A DNA stretch of 64,000 nucleotides from Octopus bimaculoides (taxonomy: Eukaryota), in the NCBI RefSeq assembly GCF_001194135.2, contig NC_069007.1:10867989-10931988 (forward strand). Reading direction: 5' to 3'. The notes under the pieces were generated by a model. It was not told the DNA's origin, searched no databases, and saw only the letters and a program-made list of their open reading frames with translations. This document shows positions 11,508 to 23,268 of the stretch, in pieces. Position numbers and translations under genes: made by a program. The first letter of the stretch is position 1. Every line of letters starts with the position of its first letter.

Positions 11508-13057
11508 TCTTTGTTACAATATCATAAATCAGGAGAAGAGCATATCCCATAAAATATAGAGCAGTTATTTATTTGTGTATGTGTAACAAGTTTAGAAAGA
11601 AACCCATTGGTTTCATATCTAACGTGAACTAGACATCTCTTCAGTTTCTCTAAACAGTAACCATTCTCTGCAAAGAATGTCTGTTTTAAAACACAAGAAT
11701 GCTGGTGATAGTTCTTTAAAACTCTGGCCAGATGAGTTGTCTTCCTTCGCTTGATAGCTAGGTTTTCCAATTTTGAAGTAAAAATTTCCAAAAATGTGAA
11801 CAACTCCCCATACATATATATACACAACTCCCCACATTGCTAGAGAAAGCAGGCATATCTTTGAAGGTGAGATATATTGAATGCATTCGACAAAACCTAT
11901 GGAAAAAATTATGAGGTTATGAACGGATCTTTTATGAAATATTTACCGTATTTTTAAAGTCATTTTCACTTTAAAATATTTTTTAAGTATGCCAAAAATA
12001 ATTTTTGTAATAGTATTCACTTGAAAATAATTAAAAAAAAAACATAAAAAATATTGTCTGTTTAAAGAAAGCTAAAATATAAATACTTACTGTACTTACA
12101 TTTTTGAAATCACATTCACTTAAAGATATTTCTAAATGATTAAAATATTGTGTTTAACAAAAGCGAAAATAGAAATATTTACTGTAAAAAACATATAATA
12201 TTTGTCAAGTACTGTGTCTGATCAAAAGGTAAGAGTTTCTTCCCTTTCAGTGTTAAGTTATTTTCAGAATATTTTCCCATTATCCACCATTTTGAGTATT
12301 TATACTCCAAAAACCCCTAATATCTCAACAACCACTTGTCCAATTTAAGTGAAATTTGTTTTATTCCGTTTGTATTAACAATTCTGGGGAAACTTAATTC
12401 ATAGTATTTTCCCATTATGCACCAGTTTGGCTGGATAAGGCTGCAAGCAGAAGCTCCACAGTAAGTTTCTAATTGCCTATTTTTGGAGGACTATAAAAGA
12501 CTATAAAAGGAAAAATAGAAAGTGAATTTCAGTTTGTAATAATCACTGAGTGAATGAGTTGAAATGTCATCACTGATTAGATAATATGGAATAAAGGTAT
12601 TTTATTGCCTGACAATATAACCAGTATTTGAGAAATAGGAGGGACAAGTTAGGCTAAAACTCAAAACAATAGAAATATATGACACAAAATTGTATGATGG
12701 ACATAAGACTACATAAAAATGCTTTAAAAGTTGATACTGAAAGATTTGTAAAAAATATAAAGTGCAAAGGAAATAATTTAAGATATATCAAGTGAAACTG
12801 AGTAATAATGGATAAAACTAAAATACATTTGTGTATTCAAAACAACACACACATGAAATAATATTTCTTTTTTAACTAAAAAGTGTCGAAGTGAGACAGA
12901 CAGAAAGAGAAAAAAACAAATAGCAACTTAAAATTAGCTATAAAGTAATACATAACTTTCTAGTTTCTACATTTCAGCTACAAACCATATAATTTATGTC
13001 AATCTAAAATGATTTAGAAATAAAGCTGGCATCCTTAGTAGAACTATTGAAGAATCG

Positions 13058-13209
13058 TGTGTGGTAAGAAGCTTACTTCTCAACCACATTGTTCTGGGTT
13101 CAGTCCCACTGTGTGGCACCTTGGGTAAGTGTCTCCTCCTATAGCCTCAGGCTGACCAAAGCCTTGTGAGTGGATTTGGTAGATGGAAACTGAAAGAAAC
13201 CTGTTGTGC

Positions 13210-13247
<38 letters not shown>

Positions 13248-13440
13248 TTGTCCCCCACCATTGCTTAACAACCGATGTTGGTGTGTTTATGTCCCCATAC
13301 ATTAGTGGTTCGGCAAAAAAAGATCAATAGAATAAGTACTATGCTTATAAGGAATAAGTCCTGGGGTCAATTTGTTAAACTAAAGGCGGTGCTCCAGCAT
13401 GGCTGCAGTCAAATGACTGAAACAAGTAAGAGAATAAAAG
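13058..13440 (+). mobile_element. tRNA-type SINE 'family A' with an internal (TA/TG)n tract
   Basis: Head gtgtggtaagaagctt...gggttcagtccca, ccttgggcaagtgtc motif, internal microsatellite, and tail ending gactgaaacaagtaa(aagag). At least 10 copies in the window. Confidence 0.9.
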
Positions 13441-13456
13441 AGAAAAAAAAGAACAT

Positions 13457-13490
<34 letters not shown>

Positions 13491-13713
13491 CTGATTATTT
13501 AATCTAATTATGGCTTTAAAATTATTTTGTTTGTAAAAGCTGGAAATGGAAATGTATAAAAAAATCTGGTTGTTGATATAGTTTGACATTCTTTGTGTAT
13601 ATCTGTGCATTGATGACTTGTTTTTAAGGGCATTATGCAATATGCATATATGGGTGTGTACATGTGGGTCGGAAGGTAGGTAGGTAGGTAGGTAGGTAGG
13701 TAGGTAGATAGAT

Positions 13714-14050
13714 GTGAAGGCGCATGGCTCAGTGGTTAGAGCATTGAACTTATGATCACGAGGCTGTGAGTTTGAATCCCGGACCAGGCTATGTGTTGTG
13801 TTCTTGATCAAGACACTTTATTTCACGTCGCTCCAGTTCACTCAGCTGTAGAAATGAGTTGCGATGTCACTGGAACCAAGCTGTATCAGCCTTTGCTTTT
13901 TCCTTGGATAACATCAGTGGCATGGAGAGGGGAGGCTGGCATGCATGGGTGACTGCTGGTCTTCCACAAACAACCTTGCCTGGACTTGTGCCTCGGAGGG
14001 TAACTTTCTAGGTGCAATCCCATGGTCATTCATGAACGAAGGGGGTCTCT
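13714..14050 (+). mobile_element. tRNA-derived SINE (OK-like)
   Basis: gtgaaggcgcatggctcagtggttagagc...gtttgaatccc head; nearly collinear second copy at 18545-18880. Confidence 0.85.
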
Positions 14051-14386
14051 GAGGTAAGTAGGTAGGTAAGTAAGTGTGAAGGTGGGTATGTGTGAGGGGG
14101 TATGCACAAAAATATAAAAGGTAAAGTAAGAAGGACAGTGGAATGCAGGTAAGCCCATACAAATAAATATATGTAATATGTACAATTCTAAAACACATCA
14201 ACAGATGGATCTGCACACATGCACACATAAGCACACACATCCACACACACATCATGCATACACATGTGCATACACTATGCATACACACATCAAGCATACA
14301 CACATCAAGCATACACACATGACATGCATACACACGTACACATGCCATGTATACACACATACACACACCATGCATACGCACACCAT

Positions 14387-14610
14387 GCTGGCAGAAACGT
14401 TAGCACGCCGGGCGAAACGCTTAGCTGTATTTCGTCTGCCGCTACGTTCCAAGTTCAAATTCCGCCGAGGTCGACTTTGCCTTTCATCCTTTCGGGGTCG
14501 ATTAAATAAGTACCAGTTACGCACTGGGGTCGATATAATCGACTTAATCCGTTTGTCTGTCCTTGTTTGTCCCCTCTGTGTGTAGCCCCTTGTGGGTAGT
14601 AAAGAAATAA
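14387..14610 (+). mobile_element. SINE family B, full length, inserted in a CA-rich microsatellite
   Basis: gctggcagaaacgttagc...gttcaaattccgccgaggtcgactttgcc...gtaaagaaataa. Confidence 0.9.
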
Positions 14611-15149
14611 CACATGTACACACGACATGCATACACATGTACACATGCCACACACACACACTTACACACACCATGCATACACACATACACATGCCATGTC
14701 ACACATGTACACATGCCATGCGTACACACATACACAGACATGCACAGGCACACACGCACACACACACACACACAAGCATTTACTCTCACCTTTATATCCT
14801 CTTCTAAGCAAACACACATCTACACATACACATACAAGCATGCATACGCATAGACACAAAAACCAACTCTCAGACCTTGAAGCAATGGGAGAAGTCATTA
14901 AGTCACTGAAAAGGTTGCTAACAGATATGAAAGAACTTTGACAAACATCTGACTGATTGTTTAACCAACATATTACACAAATGATTGATTAGTTAGTTGG
15001 TTAGATATTTAAGCAACTGACAATAAAGAAGTGGAATTGAACCCGTGCATGTGTTGCTTATTATTGGTGTAATGACCGTCCCAAGACAAAACAATATATA
15101 TACATAAATACATATACATACGTGCATACACTGATAAATATTTTGGTGG

Positions 15150-15660
15150 TGGTGGCTTTATCTTGTATCCAAGAATTCATTTTCTTCTTTGCTGAATGCT
15201 TCCTTTATGGTGATGGCATTGATTACTATGCAAACCAATTCTTGCATAGAAGAGCCAATAGCACTGACTGCATGTTAATATTGGTGGAGGACGAGGTTGA
15301 TCCTGTCAAGCCTTTCTCTCCTGCTATTGAATTTCTTTCTTTTCTTTTCTGGTGACTTTGAAGTTTTTGGTTCCGATGGTGAATGCATGGGATAAATTAT
15401 CTCTAAATGCAAATTTGTTTTTTTCTGAGTCAAGTTATACACTACTGCGATCATCAGGTGAACCATTTCCACAGGATTTTAGCTGGTTTATACACGCTGG
15501 AGTAGGTTTATTCATTTGTGTATATCTACTATATTCATTGGCTGGTTTCTAAATAAAGTTTTTTTTATGAAGTTGTCAATGGTTTTTGACTGTTTCTTTT
15601 GCCAATTCATTGGTCTTTCTGTTTACAATGGTAGCTATTATGGCTGGACTGCTTTTGCAT
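15150..15660 (-). mobile_element. RTE (BovB-like) LINE C-terminal remnant
   Basis: Minus strand QPRPPPILTCSQCYWLFYARIGLHSNQCHH resembles the C-terminal CxxC..SRIGLxSH zinc motif of RTE elements. Confidence 0.7.
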
Positions 15661-15954
15661 TTTAATTCTCATTTTTATCATTTTTCATCAAAACAATAAA
15701 CAAATAAGCAAAAATAGGATATGGCAATGTTATTGACAAGTAGATACAGAATGACTACTAAATCAGGCAATGAAAAGTAAAATATAGACAAACAACTCTG
15801 GCAAAACAGGATAGAATTTAACAAAATAGAATATAATTCAATTATTGGCAAGTGGTGCAGGATGACTATTATGTTTGCCAATAAAAAGCAATATATATAT
15901 ATGAGTGTGTGTGTGTATACAAATATACATATATATATATATACATACATATAT

Positions 15955-16160
15955 CATCATCATCATCATCACAGTCGTTTAACATCCACTTTCCATGCTG
16001 GCATGGGTTGGACGGTTTGACTGAGGGCTGGCAAGCCAGAAGGCTGCACCAGGTTCCAATCCGATCAGGCAAAATTTCTACAGCTGGATGCCCTTCCTAA
16101 TGCCAACCACTCTGATAATGTAGTCGGTGCTTTTTACGTGCCACCAGCACGGGAGCCAGT
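15955..16160 (-). mobile_element. RTE 3'-end copy
   Basis: (cat)n...gtttaacatccactttccatgctggcatgggttggacgg...ctacagctggatgcccttcctaatgccaacc. Confidence 0.9.
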
Positions 16161-16175
16161 CATAGTGTTGACCGC

Positions 16176-16490
16176 CTTCTATGCCATGTTACCCTTAACA
16201 AGATCATAAAGCATGGCCTAGATACTGAAGGTTTCCCTTCTCAGCTCAAGCACACAGGGATGGACCAAGGGGATGGTGGAAGGCCGGACGGTATGACAAT
16301 TTTCTTGTTCCATGGTGGTAGACTCCTCATCTGGTATGCCACACTCTGTGACACCTTCTCCAGTGGCAACTTGGTGTTGTCAGCTACCAGTCTAGGCCCC
16401 CACTACTCATCAGGATGAGAAACATAAATGGTCAAGATATCAGTGACTCTCTGACAGGTTGAGCCTGTAAGTTGAGACTTCTGGTTATCC
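16176..16490 (+). mobile_element. CRE-clade-like non-LTR retrotransposon restriction-like endonuclease (REL) fragment
   Basis: LLCHVTLNKIIKHGLDTEGFPSQLKHTGMDQGDGGRPDGMTIFLFHGGRLLIWYATLCDTF...VETSG matches the H..LN..I...RPDG.T..PW..G..L.WD.T...VET.G REL signature. Confidence 0.75.
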
Positions 16491-16592
16491 TAAATAACTC
16501 AAATACAAAGAATTTTGCTTCTCGCAATATAGAAACATTTGTCATGGCCCCAGCAGACAAAATGGAAAAGGCGTAGTGTTTATATATATATA

Positions 16593-16683
16593 CTAGCAGA
16601 AATACCCGGCGTTGCCCGGGTTAAAGAGAATAATGAAATCTAAAAACGCCGTCTAGACTACGCATCATCTTTATATATAGAGA
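16593..16683 (-). mobile_element. 91-bp Helitron-type unit with complete termini
   Basis: Minus strand A|TCTCTATATATAAAG ... CCCGGGCAACGCCGGG hairpin ... TCTGCTAG|T, i.e. inserted between A and T. Confidence 0.8.
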
Positions 16684-16802
16684 TGTATATACACACACGC
16701 ACCCAAACACACGTATATATATGTATATCAATATAAATATATGAAAGTCAATGAAGTTTCGTAAAAGAAGGTGATCATGTACATACTTTCTTGCTGTTGT
16801 GA

Positions 16803-16915
16803 TTATAACACCTCATTGTAAACTATGTTCCTTGTTTTCTCTTGTGGAGCATATACAAATAGGTTTTTTGTTGCTGCCCACTCTTGAGCAGCCAACATAC
16901 AGTTGTCCATGTGAG
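16803..16915 (-). mobile_element. Helitron RepHel (Pif1-like helicase) C-terminus; remainder in gap
   Basis: SHGQLYVGCSRV then, after a frameshift, NLFVYAPQEKTRNIVYNEVL*. This is the classic Helitron helicase end. Confidence 0.85.
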
Positions 16916-18032
16916 ANNNNNNNNNNNNNNNNNNNNNNNNNNNNNNNNNNNNNNNNNNNNNNNNNNNNNNNNNNNNNNNNNNNNNNNNNNNNNNNNNNNN
17001 NNNNNNNNNNNNNNNNNNNNNNNNNNNNNNNNNNNNNNNNNNNNNNNNNNNNNNNNNNNNNNNNNNNNNNNNNNNNNNNNNNNNNNNNNNNNNNNNNNNN
17101 NNNNNNNNNNNNNNNNNNNNNNNNNNNNNNNNNNNNNNNNNNNNNNNNNNNNNNNNNNNNNNNNNNNNNNNNNNNNNNNNNNNNNNNNNNNNNNNNNNNN
17201 NNNNNNNNNNNNNNNNNNNNNNNNNNNNNNNNNNNNNNNNNNNNNNNNNNNNNNNNNNNNNNNNNNNNNNNNNNNNNNNNNNNNNNNNNNNNNNNNNNNN
17301 NNNNNNNNNNNNNNNNNNNNNNNNNNNNNNNNNNNNNNNNNNNNNNNNNNNNNNNNNNNNNNNNNNNNNNNNNNNNNNNNNNNNNNNNNNNNNNNNNNNN
17401 NNNNNNNNNNNNNNNNNNNNNNNNNNNNNNNNNNNNNNNNNNNNNNNNNNNNNNNNNNNNNNNNNNNNNNNNNNNNNNNNNNNNNNNNNNNNNNNNNNNN
17501 NNNNNNNNNNNNNNNNNNNNNNNNNNNNNNNNNNNNNNNNNNNNNNNNNNNNNNNNNNNNNNNNNNNNNNNNNNNNNNNNNNNNNNNNNNNNNNNNNNNN
17601 NNNNNNNNNNNNNNNNNNNNNNNNNNNNNNNNNNNNNNNNNNNNNNNNNNNNNNNNNNNNNNNNNNNNNNNNNNNNNNNNNNNNNNNNNNNNNNNNNNNN
17701 NNNNNNNNNNNNNNNNNNNNNNNNNNNNNNNNNNNNNNNNNNNNNNNNNNNNNNNNNNNNNNNNNNNNNNNNNNNNNNNNNNNNNNNNNNNNNNNNNNNN
17801 NNNNNNNNNNNNNNNNNNNNNNNNNNNNNNNNNNNNNNNNNNNNNNNNNNNNNNNNNNNNNNNNNNNNNNNNNNNNNNNNNNNNNNNNNNNNNNNNNNNN
17901 NNNNNNNNNNNNTGCGTAGTTCTCGAGTTTTAGGGATTCAGACAGACAGACAGACACACATTCTCATTTATATATATATATATATATATATTTATATTTT
18001 TTTTCTCCGTGTTTTTCTCCTTGTCTCCGTAT

Positions 18033-18069
18033 TCTTTCTGTTGAAGAGCGTAGCTCGAAACGTCAAAGA
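18033..18069 (+). ncRNA. Minimal type I hammerhead ribozyme (A6U variant) in a PLE-type terminal repeat
   Basis: Stem I TCTTT/AAAGA; core CTGTTGA; one extra A; stem II GAGC-GTA-GCTC; GAAA; palindromic stem III AC|GT; GUC triplet. Confidence 0.6.
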
Positions 18070-18349
18070 CTTTCCGTATTCCCGAGCGTCATACTAATAT
18101 ATACTTTTGTTATTTACACCACCTGTCCTCGTCTGTTGTTATTTTTTGTATATTCTCCCATATATATATATATATATATATACACATATGTGTGTGTGTT
18201 ACGTTGAATTTAACACACAAAGTTTGCTTTAGAAGTGTTGAGATGTATTGAAAGATAAAGAAATAATTTTATTCTCCAATGCAGGATAATGCTAATAACA
18301 CAGCACGAACAGGATAAACTATCCATATTTTGCAGAAAAATCTGTTGGC

Positions 18350-18421
18350 GGCCAGCCATGAGACTCGAACTCACATCCCTGTGATTACACATCAAGTGCC
18401 TTACCATTAAGCTAAACTGCC
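18350..18421 (-). pseudogene. tRNA-Thr(TGT)-like pseudogene or solitary SINE head
   Basis: GGCAGTTTAGCTTAATGGTAAGGCACTTGATGTGTAATCACAGGGATGTGAGTTCGAGTCTCATGGCTGGCC has A and B boxes, T stem GTGAG/CTCAT, a mostly paired acceptor stem and a T5 run about 10 nt downstream. G at position 33 and a weak anticodon stem argue against a functional tRNA. Confidence 0.6.
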
Positions 18422-18544
18422 CAGCGACAAATTCTTCTGCAATTTTAGGATACATAAATCTAACTTTGTAAGACACTATCATACATTAAATTCAGCTTAT
18501 GTTGAAAGTCAACAAAGGTTGCTTTACAAGCATTGAGATGTATG

Positions 18545-18880
18545 TAAAAGCGCATGGCTCAGTGGTTAGAGCCTTGACTGTGAGGTCATGAGTTTAATTC
18601 CCGGACTGGTCTGTGTGTTGTGTTCTTGAGCAAGACACTTTATTTCATATTGCACCAGTTCACCCAGCTGTAGAAATGAGTTGCGATGTCACTGGTGCCA
18701 AGCTGTATCAGCCCCATTTTGCCTTTCCCTTGGATAACATCAGTGGCATGAAGAGGGGAAGCTGGTATGAATGGGTTACTGCTGGTCTTCCATAAAACAA
18801 CCTTGCCTGGACTTGTACCTCAGAGGGTAACTTTCTAGGTGCAATCCCATGGTCGTTCATGAATGAAGGAGGTCACCCCT
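18545..18880 (+). mobile_element. tRNA-derived SINE (OK-like), second copy
   Basis: Collinear with 13714-14050. Confidence 0.85.
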
Positions 18881-19105
18881 TATATATATATAAGATNNNN
18901 NNNNNNNNNNNNNNNNNNNNNNNNNNNNNNNNNNNNNNNNNNNNNNNNNNNNNNNNNNNNNNNNNNNNNNNNNNNNNNNNNNNNNNNNNNNNNNNNNNNN
19001 NNNNNNNNNNNNNNNNNNNNNNNNNNNNNNNNNNNNNNNNNNNNNNNNNNNNNNNNNNNNNNNNNNNNNNNNNNNNNNNNNNNNNNNNNNNNNNNNNNNN
19101 NNNNN

Positions 19106-19139
<34 letters not shown>

Positions 19140-20719
19140 ATTTGTCCAAAATACGATGGAGTAGGAGAAAGAGTAGTATAAGTGAAGGGAGAGGAGAAAA
19201 AATAGTAGTTCAGTGAAGGAGAAATAGTGAGAGTAATAGTCCTGACTGAGAGTGAGTGAGAGAAAGTTATAGCAATGAGAGAAAGGAAGGGGTGAAAGAT
19301 GAATAAGGAAGGAAGGGGTGAAAAAAAATCATCTCTGTGTGAGTATATGTGTATATGTAAAAGGAAGATATGTGAATGTTTGCATGTGTATGTGTGCGTG
19401 CAATGGAAATGGGATGGTGAATGTTCAATACTGAAAAGAAAAATCAAACAGCGTTTCACCTCAGTGTGTGTATAAGTGTGTATGTGTGTGCGTGTACAAG
19501 GGACGTATATGAATGTTTGTATGTGTGAGTATTATGTACCTTATTTTCTACCTTATTTATGTATAAAATACAACAATTAGCCATCATTTTTGACGACTCA
19601 GGGTCAGCTAGTACTATTATAAATGCCAATAATAATACACACTCTAGTAACTACCATAGCCACTAACACTAGCTTAACTATTAAAAGATAGTTACGTTAG
19701 TGTTAACATTTGATGTAGGGAGTATTAAAAACTCGTTATTTGCACTGTGTGTATGGTGAGATCTAAAATGATGATTAGCATAATTTATTCTTGATATTTT
19801 TTGGCAAATTTGAATATGAATATGTTAGTCATTGTTGTGTACATCGCAGAAGAAATTTCCCATTTACAACTACAATGTGTTCGTAACACTCAGTTCTTTT
19901 GGTGCAAAGGATTCTGTGTTCATTATTTGCACTGTGTCTTAAAAAGTTGATGAGAAATAATAATGTAGAGAGACAGATAATTAAGTTAGTATTAACAAAG
20001 TTTTGGAAACTTGGCCAAAAAGAAAATTCACATTTATAACTTTGCTTATTACAATGATTAAAAAGAGATGAGTGTTTTCTAGTTTTAGTTAGATTCTGAG
20101 ATAATCGAATTGAATACTTAATCAATCAAACAAACAAACCATACAAAAACAGAGGCAGTTAATTTTTTTTTTTTTATTGTAAGGATGAATATATTGGATG
20201 AAGAATGTGTGTAGTTTGAGGGAGAATGGTAGCAGTGCACAAATTTAGTATTCAGTATCCATCCTTTGTTTCAATTTGATATTTTATTAAGAGAAAGACA
20301 ATATATATTTCTTTGTGTTATTCAGTACAACCCCCTTCAGAAATAAATAAAATAAATCTTTGGTCAGAAATATGTGAGATGCCTCACATGTATACACGAG
20401 AGATTCTGTTTGTGTTTCTTTGAATAGCTGCACAAACTTCTTGTTAGTAATCTATCTTCACCGATATCCTGTTTTATTTATTTGATTGCAAACACAGCTT
20501 TGTTTCAGGTGAAAAGAAATCAATGTTTTCTACATGTCGTGATAAATAAATATTTATTCAATGAATATAAAACTCTACAGAAATAGTGATGGTAAAAATT
20601 GAAAAATCGAAAATTAGAGAATAAGTGCAAAATATAAATCCTTCCTATCTCTCTGGGGATTGTAAGTGCTGGGTGGGGTGTGACTTCCATTTTCTTCGTA
20701 GGAAGTAGATGATAGATAA

Positions 20720-21170
20720 ACCTCATTAGACTGGCTCAAAAACTTCCCTCACTCTTATAAATACTCTTCATATATCTGCCTCCTTTTCACCATTTCCTGA
20801 ACTTCTCCAGTCATCAATAGCTTTTTCATTATTGCCTGTCACAAGTTTCACTGGAATATCATACATCACAACTTGTGATTTACATTGGTTTATGACTGGC
20901 TGTTTCCTATATTCAATGAGTCCACTGTTCTAATTCACAAAAATGAGAGACTGGACATTCTTGGATTAAAACAAATCTGCTGCAGATGTCAACTGTTATA
21001 ACTCTGGCATTTATTTGAGCGGTGCCTCAGTTTTGTCAGTTTCTTTGGTGCTAGAAACAATTTTCTCATTTGTTAACCAGTTCAGTGATGTCTTCAGACA
21101 TCCCAGGCCATAACAAAAGTTTGCTTTCTATCTTTGGACATAATGAAGAACATGACTTTAGTTTAGCGTT
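20720..21170 (-). mobile_element. Ty3/Gypsy integrase remnant
   Basis: LLWPGMSEDITELVNK*ENCF (WPGM..DI..V..C..C motif), followed across frameshifts by ADLF...LIFVN*NSGLIE...MYDIPVKLVTGN. Confidence 0.7.
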
Positions 21171-21204
21171 TGTCATCTCATTACCTTTGGAACACTAGAA
21201 CAAT

Positions 21205-21636
21205 AGGTGCAGGCATGGCTGTGTGGTAAGAAGCTTGTTTCCCAACCACATGGTTCTGGGTTCAGTCCTACTGCATGGCAATTTGGGCAAGTGTCTTCTA
21301 CTTTAGCCTCAGGCTGACCAAAGCCTTGTGAGTGGATTAGGTAGGCAGAAACTGAAAGAAGCCCGTTGTGTATATATATATATATGTATAGTAGACTTAC
21401 TTGCAAAAAAGGACGTGTGCGTTCAATAATGTAATAATACAAAGAATATATATACATGTATACACACATATATGTACATACTTACATCTACATGTGTATA
21501 TACATGCATATCAGGGTACAGGACGTTAGAACAATAAACTACAGACAACGGAACGAACATATAGGAAAACGGAAAGCCACTTGGAATATCCCTTCATCAG
21601 CTGTCTCTATTCTATCTAGACGTTTCGAAGACATAA

Positions 21637-21667
<31 letters not shown>

Positions 21668-21890
21668 CACGTGTGTGGTGTGTATCTGTATTTTTTTCTC
21701 CGCCATAGCTTGACAACCGATGTTGGTGTGTTTACATCCCTGAAACTTGGCGGTTCAGTAAAAGAGACCGATAGAATAAGTACTAGGCTTACATAGAATG
21801 AGTTCGATTTGTTTGACTTAAGGCGGTGCTCCAGCATGGCCGCAGTCACATGACTGAAACAAGTAAAAGAATAAAAGATAATAATAAAAG
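21205..21890 (+). mobile_element. SINE family A split at its internal microsatellite by another repeat fragment (21510-21635)
   Basis: Head 21205-21380 and tail 21670-21890; the intervening piece has a cccttcatcag...gacgtttcg motif related to 46380-46750. Confidence 0.75.
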
Positions 21891-21969
21891 AATGAAAGAA
21901 TATGTCCTAGATATCTGTTTTTTGTATCCTTACAATTCCAGAAACTCTCTATAAACAGGCAGCGTTTAA

Positions 21970-22189
21970 CCCTTCAGTATTCACATTAATCTGTTGAAAG
22001 TAATCCTTATTTATTCACTTCGTTTTGAATTAATCAAGCATTATCCTATAGCTTTGAGATTTTGATGAAGTAACTATTTATTTTTAGAATGACATTGTAG
22101 GGCTGGCGTGAGAGGCAAGATCTGGACAATTTGAACATAAAACAAGTTGAATATTTTTGACTGGATATGGCTGGTTTAAAGCTAGAGGG
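21970..22189. mobile_element. 220-bp piggyBac-like MITE with TTAA target duplication
   Basis: TTAA|CCCTTCAGTATT ... AAAGCTAGAGGG|TTAA. Confidence 0.85.
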
Positions 22190-22449
22190 TTAAGTTGACT
22201 TCTTTTCTAGAATTTGTGCTAATTCAGTCAGTTGACTGTTTTAGCTTTCATTTAGTAGTTTTAGTGTCATTCCTCTGAAATATTGGTAACAAATCAATTT
22301 TATAAATCTGATTGTTTGCCTCATGGGGTAAAGACATATCATACTTCACAGGATTAATTGTAACAATAATTTTCAATTCTTCTTCTTCATATATTTTTAC
22401 AAAGTAATTATAACCCTGCTGTTTATATTTCTGCAATCTTGGAAGATCT

Positions 22450-22850
22450 ATACTCTTTTACTCTTTTACTTGTTTCAGTCATTTGACTGTGGCCATACTG
22501 GAGCACCGCCTTTAGTCGAGCAAATCGACCCTGGGACTTATTCTTTATAAGCCTAGTACTTATTCTATCGGTCTCTTTTGCCGAACCGCTAAGTTGCGGG
22601 GACGTAAACACACTAGCATCGGTTGTCAAGCGATGTTGGGGAGACAAACACAGACACACATATATATATATACATATACATATATACAACGGTCTTCTTT
22701 AAGTTTCCGTTTACCAAATCCACTCACAAGGCTTTGGTTGGCCCGAGGCTATAGTAGAAGACACTTGTCCAAGGTGCCACGCAGTGGGACTGAACCCGGA
22801 ACCATGTGGTTTGTAAGCAAGCTACTTACCACACAGCCACTCCCACGCCT
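22450..22850 (-). mobile_element. SINE family A, full length
   Basis: Reverse complement of the 13058-13440 and 54030-54420 structure. Confidence 0.9.
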
Positions 22851-23268
22851 ATAAAGAATGTAAAGAATTTGTTCTTAACTCTTTTAAAATTTCACTCTAA
22901 TCTATTCAGCAGGTATCAAAAATATGGACATGTCTGTTATAGAAATGCCTTCCTCCATAGCCTTTGTTACATCAAAATAATGCAGTCGTGGTGAGGTTGA
23001 AAAAGCAGGGCCGGTTTAATGAAATAGTTTTGTGTTCAAGCCTGCTATTGCCCTGCATGTGATCTTTATCTGTAAGTTTATCTCAGAGCTTCACTCAAGC
23101 CTAACCAATGAGCTGCAGATTTGGCTAGATGGGTTACCATACCAGATAGACAATGATTCCGGCTGGGATCAGTAGGGAGAAGGTGGGGTTGTAGAATATG
23201 AATATCAGAAATTTTATCAAGACCTGGTTTTACTCTTTCTTTGGTTATCAGGTGTCCAACATATTTAG

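Noticed and set aside
12060-12135. Minus-strand 32-nt micro-exon with AG/GTAAGT (ISLSECDFKN)
   Set aside because: It lies in a diverged AT-rich tandem repeat where similar motifs recur, so chance is likely.
19830-20080. GPCR TM7-like words (TLLILT*LSVSLHYYFSSTF*)
   Set aside because: In-frame stops, no other TM segments, and AT-rich DNA easily yields hydrophobic peptides.
21590-21630. Permuted hammerhead on the minus strand (GAAACGTC...CTGATGA), with a similar motif at 46500-46545
   Set aside because: Core words are present but stems I and II do not pair; at most decayed PLE-type terminal sequence.
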